Assembly (NCBI GenBank): GCA_963835065.1
Contig: CAWIEK010000058.1
Coordinates: 1 to 31,353 of the forward strand
DNA: 31,353 bases
From: an uncultured Chthonomonadaceae bacterium
GTDB lineage: Bacteria; Armatimonadota; Chthonomonadetes; Chthonomonadales; Chthonomonadaceae
Reading direction: 5' to 3'
The notes below the pieces were generated by a model. The model searched no databases. It was not told the DNA's origin and saw only the letters and a program-made list of their open reading frames with translations. Made by a program: the position numbers and the translations under genes. Below are positions 19,827 through 28,611 of this stretch, piece by piece. How positions within the stretch are numbered: the stretch's first letter is position 1; each line of letters starts with the position of its first letter.

Positions 19827-19944
19827 TTTCGATTTTCGATTTTCGATTGCCGATTGTGGATTTCGGATTGTGGTTCGGCTTCTGTCTTCTGTCCTCTGTC
19901 TTCTTTTCTTCTCTTCTTCTTTTCTTCTTTTCTCTCCCCTGCTC
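19827..19944. repeat. Compound short tandem repeat spacer (GATTTTC heptamers, TCTGTCT heptamers, CT-rich tract)
   Basis: ttc gattttc gattttc gattgcc gattgtg gatttcg gattgtg ... tctgtct tctgtcc tctgtct ... followed by a pyrimidine-only tract. It fills the gap between the MoxR and vWA genes. Confidence 0.8.
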
Positions 19945-21006
19945 TTACTTAACCGCTACGCGCTGTGCCAGGCGGGGCAGGTCGCGTACCACTTCCACGA
20001 GGAACCAGGGCGGCAGGTTGCGGGCGGAATCACCCATTTCTTCGGCTACCATCACCGTTGCCATTTCCACGCTGATGTCGCACAGGTCTACCAGGACGCG
20101 CTTGGCCTGCGTGACCATCTGGCGGTGGGCGGGGCGAACATCGTCGCGTTCGGGCGGCAGGGTTTTGGCGAGTTGAGCGCGAATGGACTGCACAATGAAA
20201 TACAGCACGTCCCGGTCTTCCGCCGCGCGGGGCAAAGGCTGTTCACCCGACAGGATTTTCTCGATCCGCAATGTGCCCATCAACTGCTTGATGAACGCGC
20301 CGAAACTGCGGGCGTGGCTTGCGCTCAAACAGCCTGATGCCAGCATTTCGATCTCATCCGCGTTGACATCCGAACCGTAGGCAAGCAGGGCGTCGCTTAG
20401 AATGTGCCACGAGCGCGGCGTACTGAACGTTTCCTCGGTTTTGGGCGGCTGCGCGGCAAGATGGTCGGGACGAGTCTCAATGTAGCGAATGATCCACTCG
20501 TGAACGCCCTGCGCATACGCCCAATCCAGCCAGTCACGGGCGGTTGGCTTTAATTCGACATGCAGCATCCGGTTCATCAGGGCGGACGACATGGGCTTGA
20601 CAATCGCCTGATCCTGCGCCCGGTTACCGGCTCCGACAACAACGGAACCCGGCGGCAAATAATATTCGCCAAGCCGTCGGTCATTAATCAGGCTGTAAAA
20701 CGCTTTCTGCACCTCGAACGAGCAGGCGTTGAGTTCGTCCACGAACAGCAGGTACGCATTGTCGCGGGCAATCATGCGGGGCGGGCAGAAAACGGAACGC
20801 CCGTCCTCAATGCGCGGTACGCCGATCAAGTCTTCGGGAGCCAGTTGCGAACCGAGCAGGGAAACGCAGTCCAGCCCAACATCCCGCGCGAACCGCTCGA
20901 CAAGGGCCGATTTGCCGATCCCCGGCGGCCCCCAGATAAAGACCGGGCGCGTCATGGCGACATTGAGAAGCAGTTTGTTCAATTGAGGCGGTGTAATTAC
21001 TTGCAT
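19945..21006 (-). CDS. MoxR-like AAA+ ATPase
   Basis: PVFIWGPPGIGKS (Walker A), EDLIGVP, LFVDELN (Walker B), GAGNR and SSALMNR; adjacent to a vWA partner. Confidence 0.9.
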   Translation of the reverse strand: MQVITPPQLNKLLLNVAMTRPVFIWGPPGIGKSALVERFARDVGLDCVSLLGSQLAPEDLIGVPRIEDGRSVFCPPRMIARDNAYLLFVDELNACSFEVQKAFYSLINDRRLGEYYLPPGSVVVGAGNRAQDQAIVKPMSSALMNRMLHVELKPTARDWLDWAYAQGVHEWIIRYIETRPDHLAAQPPKTEETFSTPRSWHILSDALLAYGSDVNADEIEMLASGCLSASHARSFGAFIKQLMGTLRIEKILSGEQPLPRAAEDRDVLYFIVQSIRAQLAKTLPPERDDVRPAHRQMVTQAKRVLVDLCDISVEMATVMVAEEMGDSARNLPPWFLVEVVRDLPRLAQRVAVK

Positions 21007-21292
21007 GGTTTCGTATCAAAAGTGTGTATGAAAAGCGTAAGCGGATGCTGCGTACAGCGCGACATGGGTATTCGCAATCTTTGACGGCAAGCGACGAGAA
21101 TAAGTTGCATCGTGCCTGTGTCGTACCGGCATCTTGAATTGCTCAACATCTGTAAACCGAAAGACACTACAAGAAAGAAACCGCAACAATCGTCCTGAAT
21201 TGCAACCTATCTTAAATTCAAAGAGGAGTTCAAGCCCCGTTTAACGAATAGGAAAACATGCTGTGCTTCAGCCGGTGAAAGGAAATTCTGCC

Positions 21293-22801
21293 ATGAAATA
21301 CGCTTGCGGCCTGTTTGCCGCGCTATTGCTGCTCGGCGCGAAGTCGGAATGGAGCGCTTTGTCCGCGCCTGCGCCCGCCAAATCCAACCCTGCCAGAACC
21401 ACATCGGCTATCAAGCCCTTGGCGTTTGTCAGCAGGGCGGGTGGGACAAAAACGACGGTGAAAAAGGATGCCGCGCGCTATGAGGCGAATTGGGCTTCGC
21501 TGGACACCCGGCCCATTCCGCAGTGGTACAAAGACGCCAAGTTCGGCATTTTCATCCATTGGGGCGTGTACTCCGTGCCGTCGTGGGGCAAAAAGGGCAC
21601 GTATGCCGAATGGTACTGGAACTACCTGCACGATCCGAACAACCCGACGCGGCAGTTCCACGACCAGAATTACGGCAAAGATTTCCCCTACGAGAACTTC
21701 GCGCCGATGTTTAAGGCCGAACTGTTCAATCCGCAGCAGTGGGCGGACGTGTTTGCCCGCAGCGGCGCAAAATACGTCGCCCTGACTTCCAAGCACCACG
21801 AAGGGTTTTGCCTGTGGCCGAGCAAGGAGGCGACGCGGGATTGGGGGCGGGCGTGGAACAGCGTGGACACCGGCCCGCACCGCGACCTTGCGGGCGATTT
21901 GAGCGCAGCCGTCCGCGCCAAGGGCCTGAAAATGGGCTTTTACTACTCGCTGTACGAGTGGTACAACCCGATTTATAAATCCGACTTTGCCCGCTTCCGG
22001 GACGAGCATTTTTTCCCGCAGTTCAAGGATTTAGTCACGCGCTACAAGCCCTCCATTATCTTTGCGGACGGCGAATGGGAACACACCTCGGCGGAATGGC
22101 ACACGCCCGAACTGATGGCGTGGCTTTACAATGACAGCGGGGTTGGCGGCGATGTGGTCATCAACGACCGGTGGGGCAACGACACGCGGGGCAAGCACGG
22201 CGGCTATTACACGACGGAATACGGCGGCTTTACCGACTTCAAGGCCGACGCCACCGCGCAGCACAAGTGGGAGGAAAACCGGGGCATCGGAGCCAGTTTC
22301 GGCTACAATCGCAACGAGGACTACGACAACTACCGCAGTACGCCTGAATTGATACGGCTGCTCATCGGCATGGTCAGCCAGGGCGGAAACCTGCTGCTCG
22401 ACATCGGCCCGACGGCGGACGGGCGCATCCCGGTCATTATGCAGGATCGGCTTATCGGCATGGGCGAATGGCTGAAAGTCAATGGCGAGGCCATTTACGG
22501 CACGTCGCCAAGCCCGTTCGGCAGCCAGAAATTCGATTGGGGCGCATGTACCGCCGGTCCGGGCAAAATCTACCTGCACCTGTACAAGCGTCCCGGCGAC
22601 ACGCTCGAACTGCCCGGCCTGCAAAACAAGATTACATCTGCCTACTTTCTGGCCGATTCCGCGCGCAAAGCCATTCCGGTTAAAAAGTTGAAAACAGGCA
22701 TTGCCCTGCACATGCCTGACCACCTGCCGGACAACGCCGCGTCCGTGCTTGTTCTCAACATAGAAGGCCAGCCCGACATCGTTACGCAGGCGGCGAAGTA
22801 G
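21293..22801 (+). CDS. Alpha-L-fucosidase (GH29), secreted
   Basis: W.SLD.RP.P.WY.DAKFGIFIHWG.YSVP, TSKHHEGF.LWPS, INDRWG and GGNLLLDIGP. SD AAGGA before ATG 21293, followed by a signal peptide. Confidence 0.95.
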   Translation: MKYACGLFAALLLLGAKSEWSALSAPAPAKSNPARTTSAIKPLAFVSRAGGTKTTVKKDAARYEANWASLDTRPIPQWYKDAKFGIFIHWGVYSVPSWGKKGTYAEWYWNYLHDPNNPTRQFHDQNYGKDFPYENFAPMFKAELFNPQQWADVFARSGAKYVALTSKHHEGFCLWPSKEATRDWGRAWNSVDTGPHRDLAGDLSAAVRAKGLKMGFYYSLYEWYNPIYKSDFARFRDEHFFPQFKDLVTRYKPSIIFADGEWEHTSAEWHTPELMAWLYNDSGVGGDVVINDRWGNDTRGKHGGYYTTEYGGFTDFKADATAQHKWEENRGIGASFGYNRNEDYDNYRSTPELIRLLIGMVSQGGNLLLDIGPTADGRIPVIMQDRLIGMGEWLKVNGEAIYGTSPSPFGSQKFDWGACTAGPGKIYLHLYKRPGDTLELPGLQNKITSAYFLADSARKAIPVKKLKTGIALHMPDHLPDNAASVLVLNIEGQPDIVTQAAK

Positions 22802-22829
22802 CGCCAATACCCATCTTCAGGGAGGCAAT

Positions 22830-23351
22830 ATGAACCTGTCAGATGAGATTGCCAAACTTCAGGAACTGCGCAACGGCGGAACGCTCACAGATGCCGAGTT
22901 CGCGCGGGCAAAAGCCCGTGTTCTCAACAACGAACAGGCCGCGCCACCCTATTCCGACGCGGCCTCTGAACGCCGCCTGATGCTCATCGAACTGCAAATC
23001 AGAATTACGCAGTCGGATCGTGAGTGGGAATTGGCGCGTGAAGGGTACATGGTTTCGAGCCGCTATGGTACTCGTTATATTCCCAGGCAAGGTGAAAGTG
23101 TGCTTGGCGGCGTTACTGTTGTCATAATCGGCACATTCTGCTTGTTTATAGCAGTTTCAGCCGGTAAGATGGCCTCTTTTGCGCTTTTTGGCGTTGTTCT
23201 TATCGTGGCTGGCATCGCCAGTGGAATTCGTAATTTCAGCAGGGCGAGTAAGTACCAGCAAGACGAAGCAGCCTATCAGCAACGTCGCGCGGCACTCGTG
23301 GCACAGCAGGAAGAATTGCAGCGAAGCGCGCGATTTGCGGCAAGTAGTTGA
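22830..23351 (+). CDS. SHOCT-domain membrane protein
   Basis: N-terminal EIAKLQELRNGGTLTDAEFARAKARVL (SHOCT) and two TM helices. SD GGAGG. Confidence 0.8.
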   Translation: MNLSDEIAKLQELRNGGTLTDAEFARAKARVLNNEQAAPPYSDAASERRLMLIELQIRITQSDREWELAREGYMVSSRYGTRYIPRQGESVLGGVTVVIIGTFCLFIAVSAGKMASFALFGVVLIVAGIASGIRNFSRASKYQQDEAAYQQRRAALVAQQEELQRSARFAASS

Positions 23352-23431
23352 CGGGTATGCTCACAAGAATGGAAGAAATTAGTTTTACGGCTGATCGCTT
23401 TTGGTCAGACAGACAAGGAATACGAACGAAT

Positions 23432-23716
23432 ATGCCTCATGCTAGATTTAGCGGCGAAGAAATAGTACGACGCGGTGAAGAATTGTACGCTCAAAACATT
23501 AGTTCTAAAGTTGAAACCGAAGAGAACATCGGCAAGATTGTTTCGATTGATATTGAGACAGGCGAATATGCCGTAGACTCTGATCCGGTTGTAGCCGGAT
23601 TGCGCGTACAAGCCAAACATCCTGACGCTGCTATCTACGGCAAGCGCATCGGGTATAACGTTGCTTTCGCCCTTGGAGGTACACTAACAAGGACTATGCC
23701 TTTACTCAAGGTATAG
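23432..23716 (+). CDS. Small conserved hypothetical protein (DUF5678-like)
   Basis: EEIVRRGEELY..I..KVE.EENIGKIVSIDIETGEY.V....HPDA.IY..RIG pattern. Start reassigned to MPHARFS, after AAGGA. Confidence 0.7.
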   Translation: MPHARFSGEEIVRRGEELYAQNISSKVETEENIGKIVSIDIETGEYAVDSDPVVAGLRVQAKHPDAAIYGKRIGYNVAFALGGTLTRTMPLLKV

Positions 23717-23767
23717 CGCAGTAATTATCGAAGATGTTTTTTCTTGAGGAGAATTGAGGAGGACAGG

Positions 23768-24496
23768 ATGCGCTCACGTTTTTCACGCCGCGAATTTACG
23801 CAGATTTCCGGGACGGCGCTGCTGAGTTGGACGCTTGGCAATGCCGAGGCTGCCGCTCATGGGCAGACGCCCTCTACTCCCCGCCCGGAGCCGCGCATGA
23901 GCGCTGAGGCTGCGCTGAAAGAGATGATGGACGGCAACGCCCGCTTTGTAAAAGGCGAACTGCGGCATCCCCGCGCCCGCCCCGAAGATTTCAAAGCGGT
24001 TGCGGCGGGCCAGAAGCCCATCGCGGCCCTTATCGGCTGCGCGGATTCGCGCGTTCCGCCGGAAATTCTGTTCGATCAGGGCATTGGCGACCTGTTTGTG
24101 ATCCGGGTGGCCGGCAATGTCGTCAACAGCGCGGGAGCTGTCATTAAAGCCAGCATCGAATTCGCGGTAGAGCAGGTCGGCGTCCCGCTGATCGTAATTC
24201 TGGGGCACAGCAAATGCGCGGCGGTACGCGCTGCCGTACAGTATCGGCATGACCGGCACAGCCTGCCGGGTTCCATCACCAGTCTGGTTCACATGATCGA
24301 GCCGGCGGTCATCAAAGTGGAACACGAGACGGGCGACCTGCTGGAAAATTCTATTCGCGCCAATGTTCAGTTGGGCATGGAGCAGTTGCGCAATCTGAAG
24401 CCCCTTGTCTCGGAGCATGTCCGGCTGGGGCATGTCAAGATCGCCGGCGCGGTCTACGATCTGGAAACCGGCAAAGCGAACATGGTGACGGGATGA
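23768..24496 (+). CDS. Beta-class carbonic anhydrase with Tat signal peptide
   Basis: SRREF twin-arginine motif; GNARF, GCADSRVPPE..FD, RVAGN and GHSKC zinc ligands; YDLETG. SD GAGGAGG. Confidence 0.93.
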   Translation: MRSRFSRREFTQISGTALLSWTLGNAEAAAHGQTPSTPRPEPRMSAEAALKEMMDGNARFVKGELRHPRARPEDFKAVAAGQKPIAALIGCADSRVPPEILFDQGIGDLFVIRVAGNVVNSAGAVIKASIEFAVEQVGVPLIVILGHSKCAAVRAAVQYRHDRHSLPGSITSLVHMIEPAVIKVEHETGDLLENSIRANVQLGMEQLRNLKPLVSEHVRLGHVKIAGAVYDLETGKANMVTG

Positions 24497-25662
24497 CAAC
24501 CGGTTTGAATTCGTATTCGCGCAAGTGTCTTTGCCTGCGGGCGCTGCTGTCGCTTTTTGTGTTGTGCGGGCTGCTTTGCGCCACGTCGCAAGCGCAGGCG
24601 CAGGCTTCCCGCGCCTGGCCTGTGGCAAAGGCGAATGACTGGCAGCAAAAGCATGGCTGGCTGGTTGGCTGTAATTTCTCCCCTGCCTATGCCATCAACC
24701 AACTGGAAATGTGGCAGCCGGAAACGTTCGACTTGAAGGCCATCAACCACGAACTGGATTTGGCCGAAGGGTTGGGCTTCAATTCCGTCCGCGTGTTTCT
24801 GCATGATCTGCTGTGGCAGCAGGATGAGCGCGGCTTCCTGAACCGCATGGACAAATTTCTTGCCGCTGCGGACAAACACCATATCGGCGTGATGTTCGTG
24901 CTGCTCGACGCCTGCTGGAACCCGTTTCCCAAAATCGGAAAGCAGCCCGAACCCCGCCCGCATGTCCATAATTCCGGGTGGGTGCAGTCGCCGGGGCAAA
25001 CCATTCTCAGCGCTCCCGCCCGCTATGAGGAACTCAAGCCCTACATCACGGGCGTCTTGCGCCGATTTCGCAATGACCGGCGCGTACACGCCTGGGACTT
25101 GTTCAACGAGCCGGATAACGATACGGGCGCGGCGTACAAGAACATCGAAATAACAGACAAGCCGCAAAAGGCGCTTGCCCTGCTGCAAAAAGTCGTAGGG
25201 TGGGCGCGGGACGTAAAGCCCTCGCAGCCGCTGACCATTGACGTATGGTACGGCGAATGGGGCGTGGGGGCAAAACTGAACCCGATGCAGAAGTTCTCGC
25301 TGGACAACTCCGACGTGATCAGTTTTCACAGTTACGGCAGCGCGGACGAACTTATAAAGCGCATTGCGGAACTGCGGCATTACAATCGCCCCATTCTTTG
25401 CACCGAATACATGGCGCGTCCGCAGGGCAGCGCGTTCGATCCGCACCTGGCTCTGATGAAAGCGCAGCGCGTGGCCGCTTACAACTGGGGCTTCGTGTCC
25501 GGCAAAACGCAAACCATCTATCCCTGGGACTCGTGGACGCGAACCTACACCGAAGAGCCGCCTGTCTGGTTCCACGACATCTTCCGCCCGGACGGCAGCC
25601 CCTATCGCCCCGAAGAAGTCACCTACATTCGCCGCACAACGGGCAAAGCGGAAACGCCTTGA
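24493..25662 (+). CDS. Secreted clan GH-A glycoside hydrolase (GH5-like; putative xylanase/mannanase)
   Basis: AINQLEMWQ, GFNSVRVFLH, WDLFNEP (acid/base), SFHSY and CTEYMAR (nucleophile). Signal peptide; ATGA overlap with the CA gene. Confidence 0.88.
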   Translation: MTTGLNSYSRKCLCLRALLSLFVLCGLLCATSQAQAQASRAWPVAKANDWQQKHGWLVGCNFSPAYAINQLEMWQPETFDLKAINHELDLAEGLGFNSVRVFLHDLLWQQDERGFLNRMDKFLAAADKHHIGVMFVLLDACWNPFPKIGKQPEPRPHVHNSGWVQSPGQTILSAPARYEELKPYITGVLRRFRNDRRVHAWDLFNEPDNDTGAAYKNIEITDKPQKALALLQKVVGWARDVKPSQPLTIDVWYGEWGVGAKLNPMQKFSLDNSDVISFHSYGSADELIKRIAELRHYNRPILCTEYMARPQGSAFDPHLALMKAQRVAAYNWGFVSGKTQTIYPWDSWTRTYTEEPPVWFHDIFRPDGSPYRPEEVTYIRRTTGKAETP

Positions 25663-25673
25663 TCAAGAAAACG

Positions 25674-26207
25674 CTATTCTCCCGCCGTTCCCATTGGCTT
25701 GCCGGGAGAAGGGTGTGTTGTCGGCGTATCAGCGCGGGCGCTGCGGATTAATGCCCCGCCGATGAGAATAAAAATCACGCCGGAAAGCAGAAACGCATAG
25801 TCGGCGATGGACAATCCCATTCGCTCAATGACATGGTGAAGCTGGAGAAGGTGATGGTCAATAAGGCCCTCCACAAGATTGAATATGCCCCACCCCAGTA
25901 TCATGCCGCCACTCAGGGTACGTCCTGACCAGGGCACTTCCGGTTTTTGCCCCGCCCGCCACAGCATTGCCAGCCCCAGCATCACCGTCAGCCAGCAAAA
26001 GGCATGAAAAATACCGTCCCAAACCATGTTGATTTCCACGTTCGCTAACGTGGTTCGTACCACTTTGGCGGACAGCATGTTATGAAGTTGCAAAATCTGA
26101 TGAAACACAATGCCATCCACAAAGCCGCCCATGCCGATGCCGAGAAATGTGGCGGCAGCCGTAAGCGGGCGGAAATTCACTTCTGCGTTAATCGTTCCTT
26201 CTGGCAA
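25674..26207 (-). CDS. DUF2243-like membrane protein
   Basis: GIGMGGFVDGIVFHQILQLHNM, WDGIFH, GWGIFNLVEGLIDHHLLQLHHV. Confidence 0.85.
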   Translation of the reverse strand: MPEGTINAEVNFRPLTAAATFLGIGMGGFVDGIVFHQILQLHNMLSAKVVRTTLANVEINMVWDGIFHAFCWLTVMLGLAMLWRAGQKPEVPWSGRTLSGGMILGWGIFNLVEGLIDHHLLQLHHVIERMGLSIADYAFLLSGVIFILIGGALIRSARADTPTTHPSPGKPMGTAGE

Positions 26208-26273
26208 TGCGTTCCTCTTTCAAAAGTATTCATCGAACATGCGAGTTCATAGTAAGTTGACAAGGAGTTAGGG

Positions 26274-26543
26274 TTAATCAAGAATGACGGGAAACGAGGA
26301 GCGCTTTCGCGTCGGGAGGCCATAGTACAGCAAGGCTCCAATCAGCAGGCAGACGGGAAATGGCGCGAGGACGAGGAACAGATTGACGCCGAAATGTCGG
26401 TTGAAAACGCCTTCGCGCACCAGTTTGCCGCTTGCCGTATCGCAAAGCGGGCAGGCAAGCGCGGGCGCTGCTGAAAGGCCCAAGCAAAGCAAAAAAGAAG
26501 TAAGCCGCCAGAGCAGGCGCATTGTTTCCTCCTGAATGGGCAT
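26274..26543 (-). CDS. Small membrane protein with a CxxC motif after a signal peptide
   Basis: Signal-like segment ending ALA-CPLCDT..G..VR, followed by one TM helix. The start may be the second Met (26522), after CAGGAGG. Confidence 0.65.
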   Translation of the reverse strand: MPIQEETMRLLWRLTSFLLCLGLSAAPALACPLCDTASGKLVREGVFNRHFGVNLFLVLAPFPVCLLIGALLYYGLPTRKRSSFPVILD

Positions 26544-26645
26544 ATTCTAGGGTTACGCGCAACAAATGTTAATCGTTCGGAAGGAGTTTCCCCCTATCGG
26601 TGTTAATACTAACTTAATGATTTTAACATTAGAAGGAGGAGCGAC

Positions 26646-28264
26646 ATGAAGGATAAGACGGCTAAGACGGAAACGCGCCCCGCGAAAAGGAAAGGAAGCG
26701 GCAAGGCGCAGGAGAACGGCGCGAAACATAATACCATTCACATACCTGACGCGCAGGAGACTGGCGCAAACAACAACGCGACTACAATGAAATCCGGCAA
26801 TACAATGCCATCCGCCAATACTGCGGAAACTGCGAATATCGTGGAAACCCCAAACGTGTCTGCGCCCGGAACCGCGCCCCGCCTGTCGTTTCCTGCGCGG
26901 AAAATGGCGTTTGGACGGGAGCGCCGGAGTTCCTGCCCTGTCCCGACCCGAACTCCGCAGAAGCGTTTACACTCGCCCTGGCGGATGTCGCCACGCCGCG
27001 CCCCAATGCCAACAAGAACGTCTTGACGTTTCATGCCGTCGGCTGTTCCGCCAACTTTGAAGAGCATACCGCACAGCAGGCTGTCGCCGCCGCCATGACC
27101 ACGCAGTTGACCGACCCGACAAGCGGCCATATCAACACGCCTGCCGTGCCTGCCTCGTTTCTCTATCTGCTGGGCGATGTGGTATATAAGCCAACCGAGC
27201 AGATGAAGTACGATCAGGGCAACATGTACCACGAACAGTTTTATACGCCGTTTTCCGCGTACAACCGCCCGATTTTCGCCATCGCGGGCAACCACGACGG
27301 CAAAATCCATTTCAAGGATGGCAACCCGGCAAACCAGAGCGCGGAAAACGTGGATAATCCGAAAACCGCGCTGACGCACTTCTTCAAGAATTTTTGCAGT
27401 TACGGCATTGCGCGGGGCAGCAAATCCCCGGACAACGCTGTGGACAACCGCCCCGCCATGATTCAGCCCTATATCTACTGGCGGCTGGAAACCGAGCAGG
27501 CCAGCATCGTCGGGCTTTACACCAATGTGGCGAACGGGGGAATTCTGGACGACCCGATGGGTACGCTCGGCCTGGATGATCCGAATTATGAACAACGCGC
27601 GTCGCAATATCGCTGGCTCGTCCGTCAGTTGAAAGACATTCGGGCGCGAAACGACGTTCGCCAGAAGCAGGGACAGGAGCCAAAAGCGGTTCTGCTGACC
27701 GTACACTATCCGCCGTACTCGTATACGGCGAATTTTGAAGTGCGGGGCGATCCGAAACTGGCAAACGTCGTGAATCCGGGCAACGCGACCCCGCCGCCCC
27801 ATGCCGACAACGCCGCGCCCTTGGCGAACGTGCTGGAAAAAGCGTTCGATTCCGCCAAACAATGGCCGGACGTTCTCCTGTCGGCGCATGTCCATTCCTA
27901 TCAGCGCCTGACGTACCGATATGCGCTCAAGGACGGCAGCCGGGCAATGCCCTGTTTGATTGTGGGGGGTGGCGGGCATACTATCGAAGGCATGGGAACG
28001 CCGTGCAATCAGCCCGAAGGAGCGGAAGAAGTGCGCTGGACGCCCGCGCATAAAGACCCCGCCGCCATTCCAATGCAGCCGCCACCCGGCCTGACGATAC
28101 GCGGGCATCTGACGCTGGAAGATTACAACGACGCGAAGTTTGGCTTCCTGCGCGTAACCATTGCGGGGCGCAAACTTACGGGCGAGTATTTCACCGCCTT
28201 CACCGGCCCGCTAAAATGCGTAGACCACTTCACCCTCGACCTGAACTCCCACCAGATTACCTAA
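26646..28264 (+). CDS. Calcineurin-like / purple-acid-phosphatase-type metallophosphoesterase; probable frameshift between ~26750 and ~27000
   Basis: Strong SD AAGGAGG before ATG 26646 with a low-complexity N-terminus. The second frame is open from ~26750 with no start codon until TTG 27023. Motifs FHAVGCS, LGDVVY, AGNHDG, VHYPPY, SAHVHSY and VGGGGH. Confidence 0.8.
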
Positions 28265-28282
28265 AGCCTACATTGCCCCTGA

Positions 28283-28311
28283 CCCCTTCTTCCGAAATTT
28301 GGAAGAAGGGG
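28283..28311. repeat. REP-like hairpin / possible terminator
   Basis: ccccttcttcc-gaaattt-ggaagaagggg is a perfect 11-bp stem, 18 nt after the phosphoesterase stop. Confidence 0.6.
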
Positions 28312-28318
28312 AATCTGA

Positions 28319-28524
28319 TCAATATTGCAACAGGCTGTTGCAATATTGACACCACCCAGGCATCTAATTTTGCAAGAACCGCTTGCAAAATTGAGGCCAT
28401 GAAGGATACAGCACAGGTGTTTTGATAAGAACGTGAACAATGATTACTGCGAAACGAATAGGCTGAGAGATTAATGGAGCATGGCAGAATGAAGCAATTG
28501 TACAACAGGTTGTTGCACAATTGC
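28319..28524. promoter_or_regulatory. Three related 27-bp palindromic sites (putative protein-binding sites)
   Basis: aatattgcaac-aggct-gttgcaatatt (28321-28347), aattttgcaag-aaccg-cttgcaaaatt (28366-28392), aattgtacaac-aggtt-gttgcacaatt (28496-28522). Confidence 0.65.
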
Positions 28525-28611
28525 CATGAGGACACAATGTACGCATGTTAAGGGGGCAAAAGATAATGCATTGTCACAGGAAAAATGTCTTTGGTCCACC
28601 GCCCGTGAAGT

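Noticed and set aside
4335..21006. Clp, Lon and MoxR as one proteostasis island
   Set aside because: They are on different strands or operons and are separated by an IS and unrelated genes; lon looks like ordinary housekeeping.
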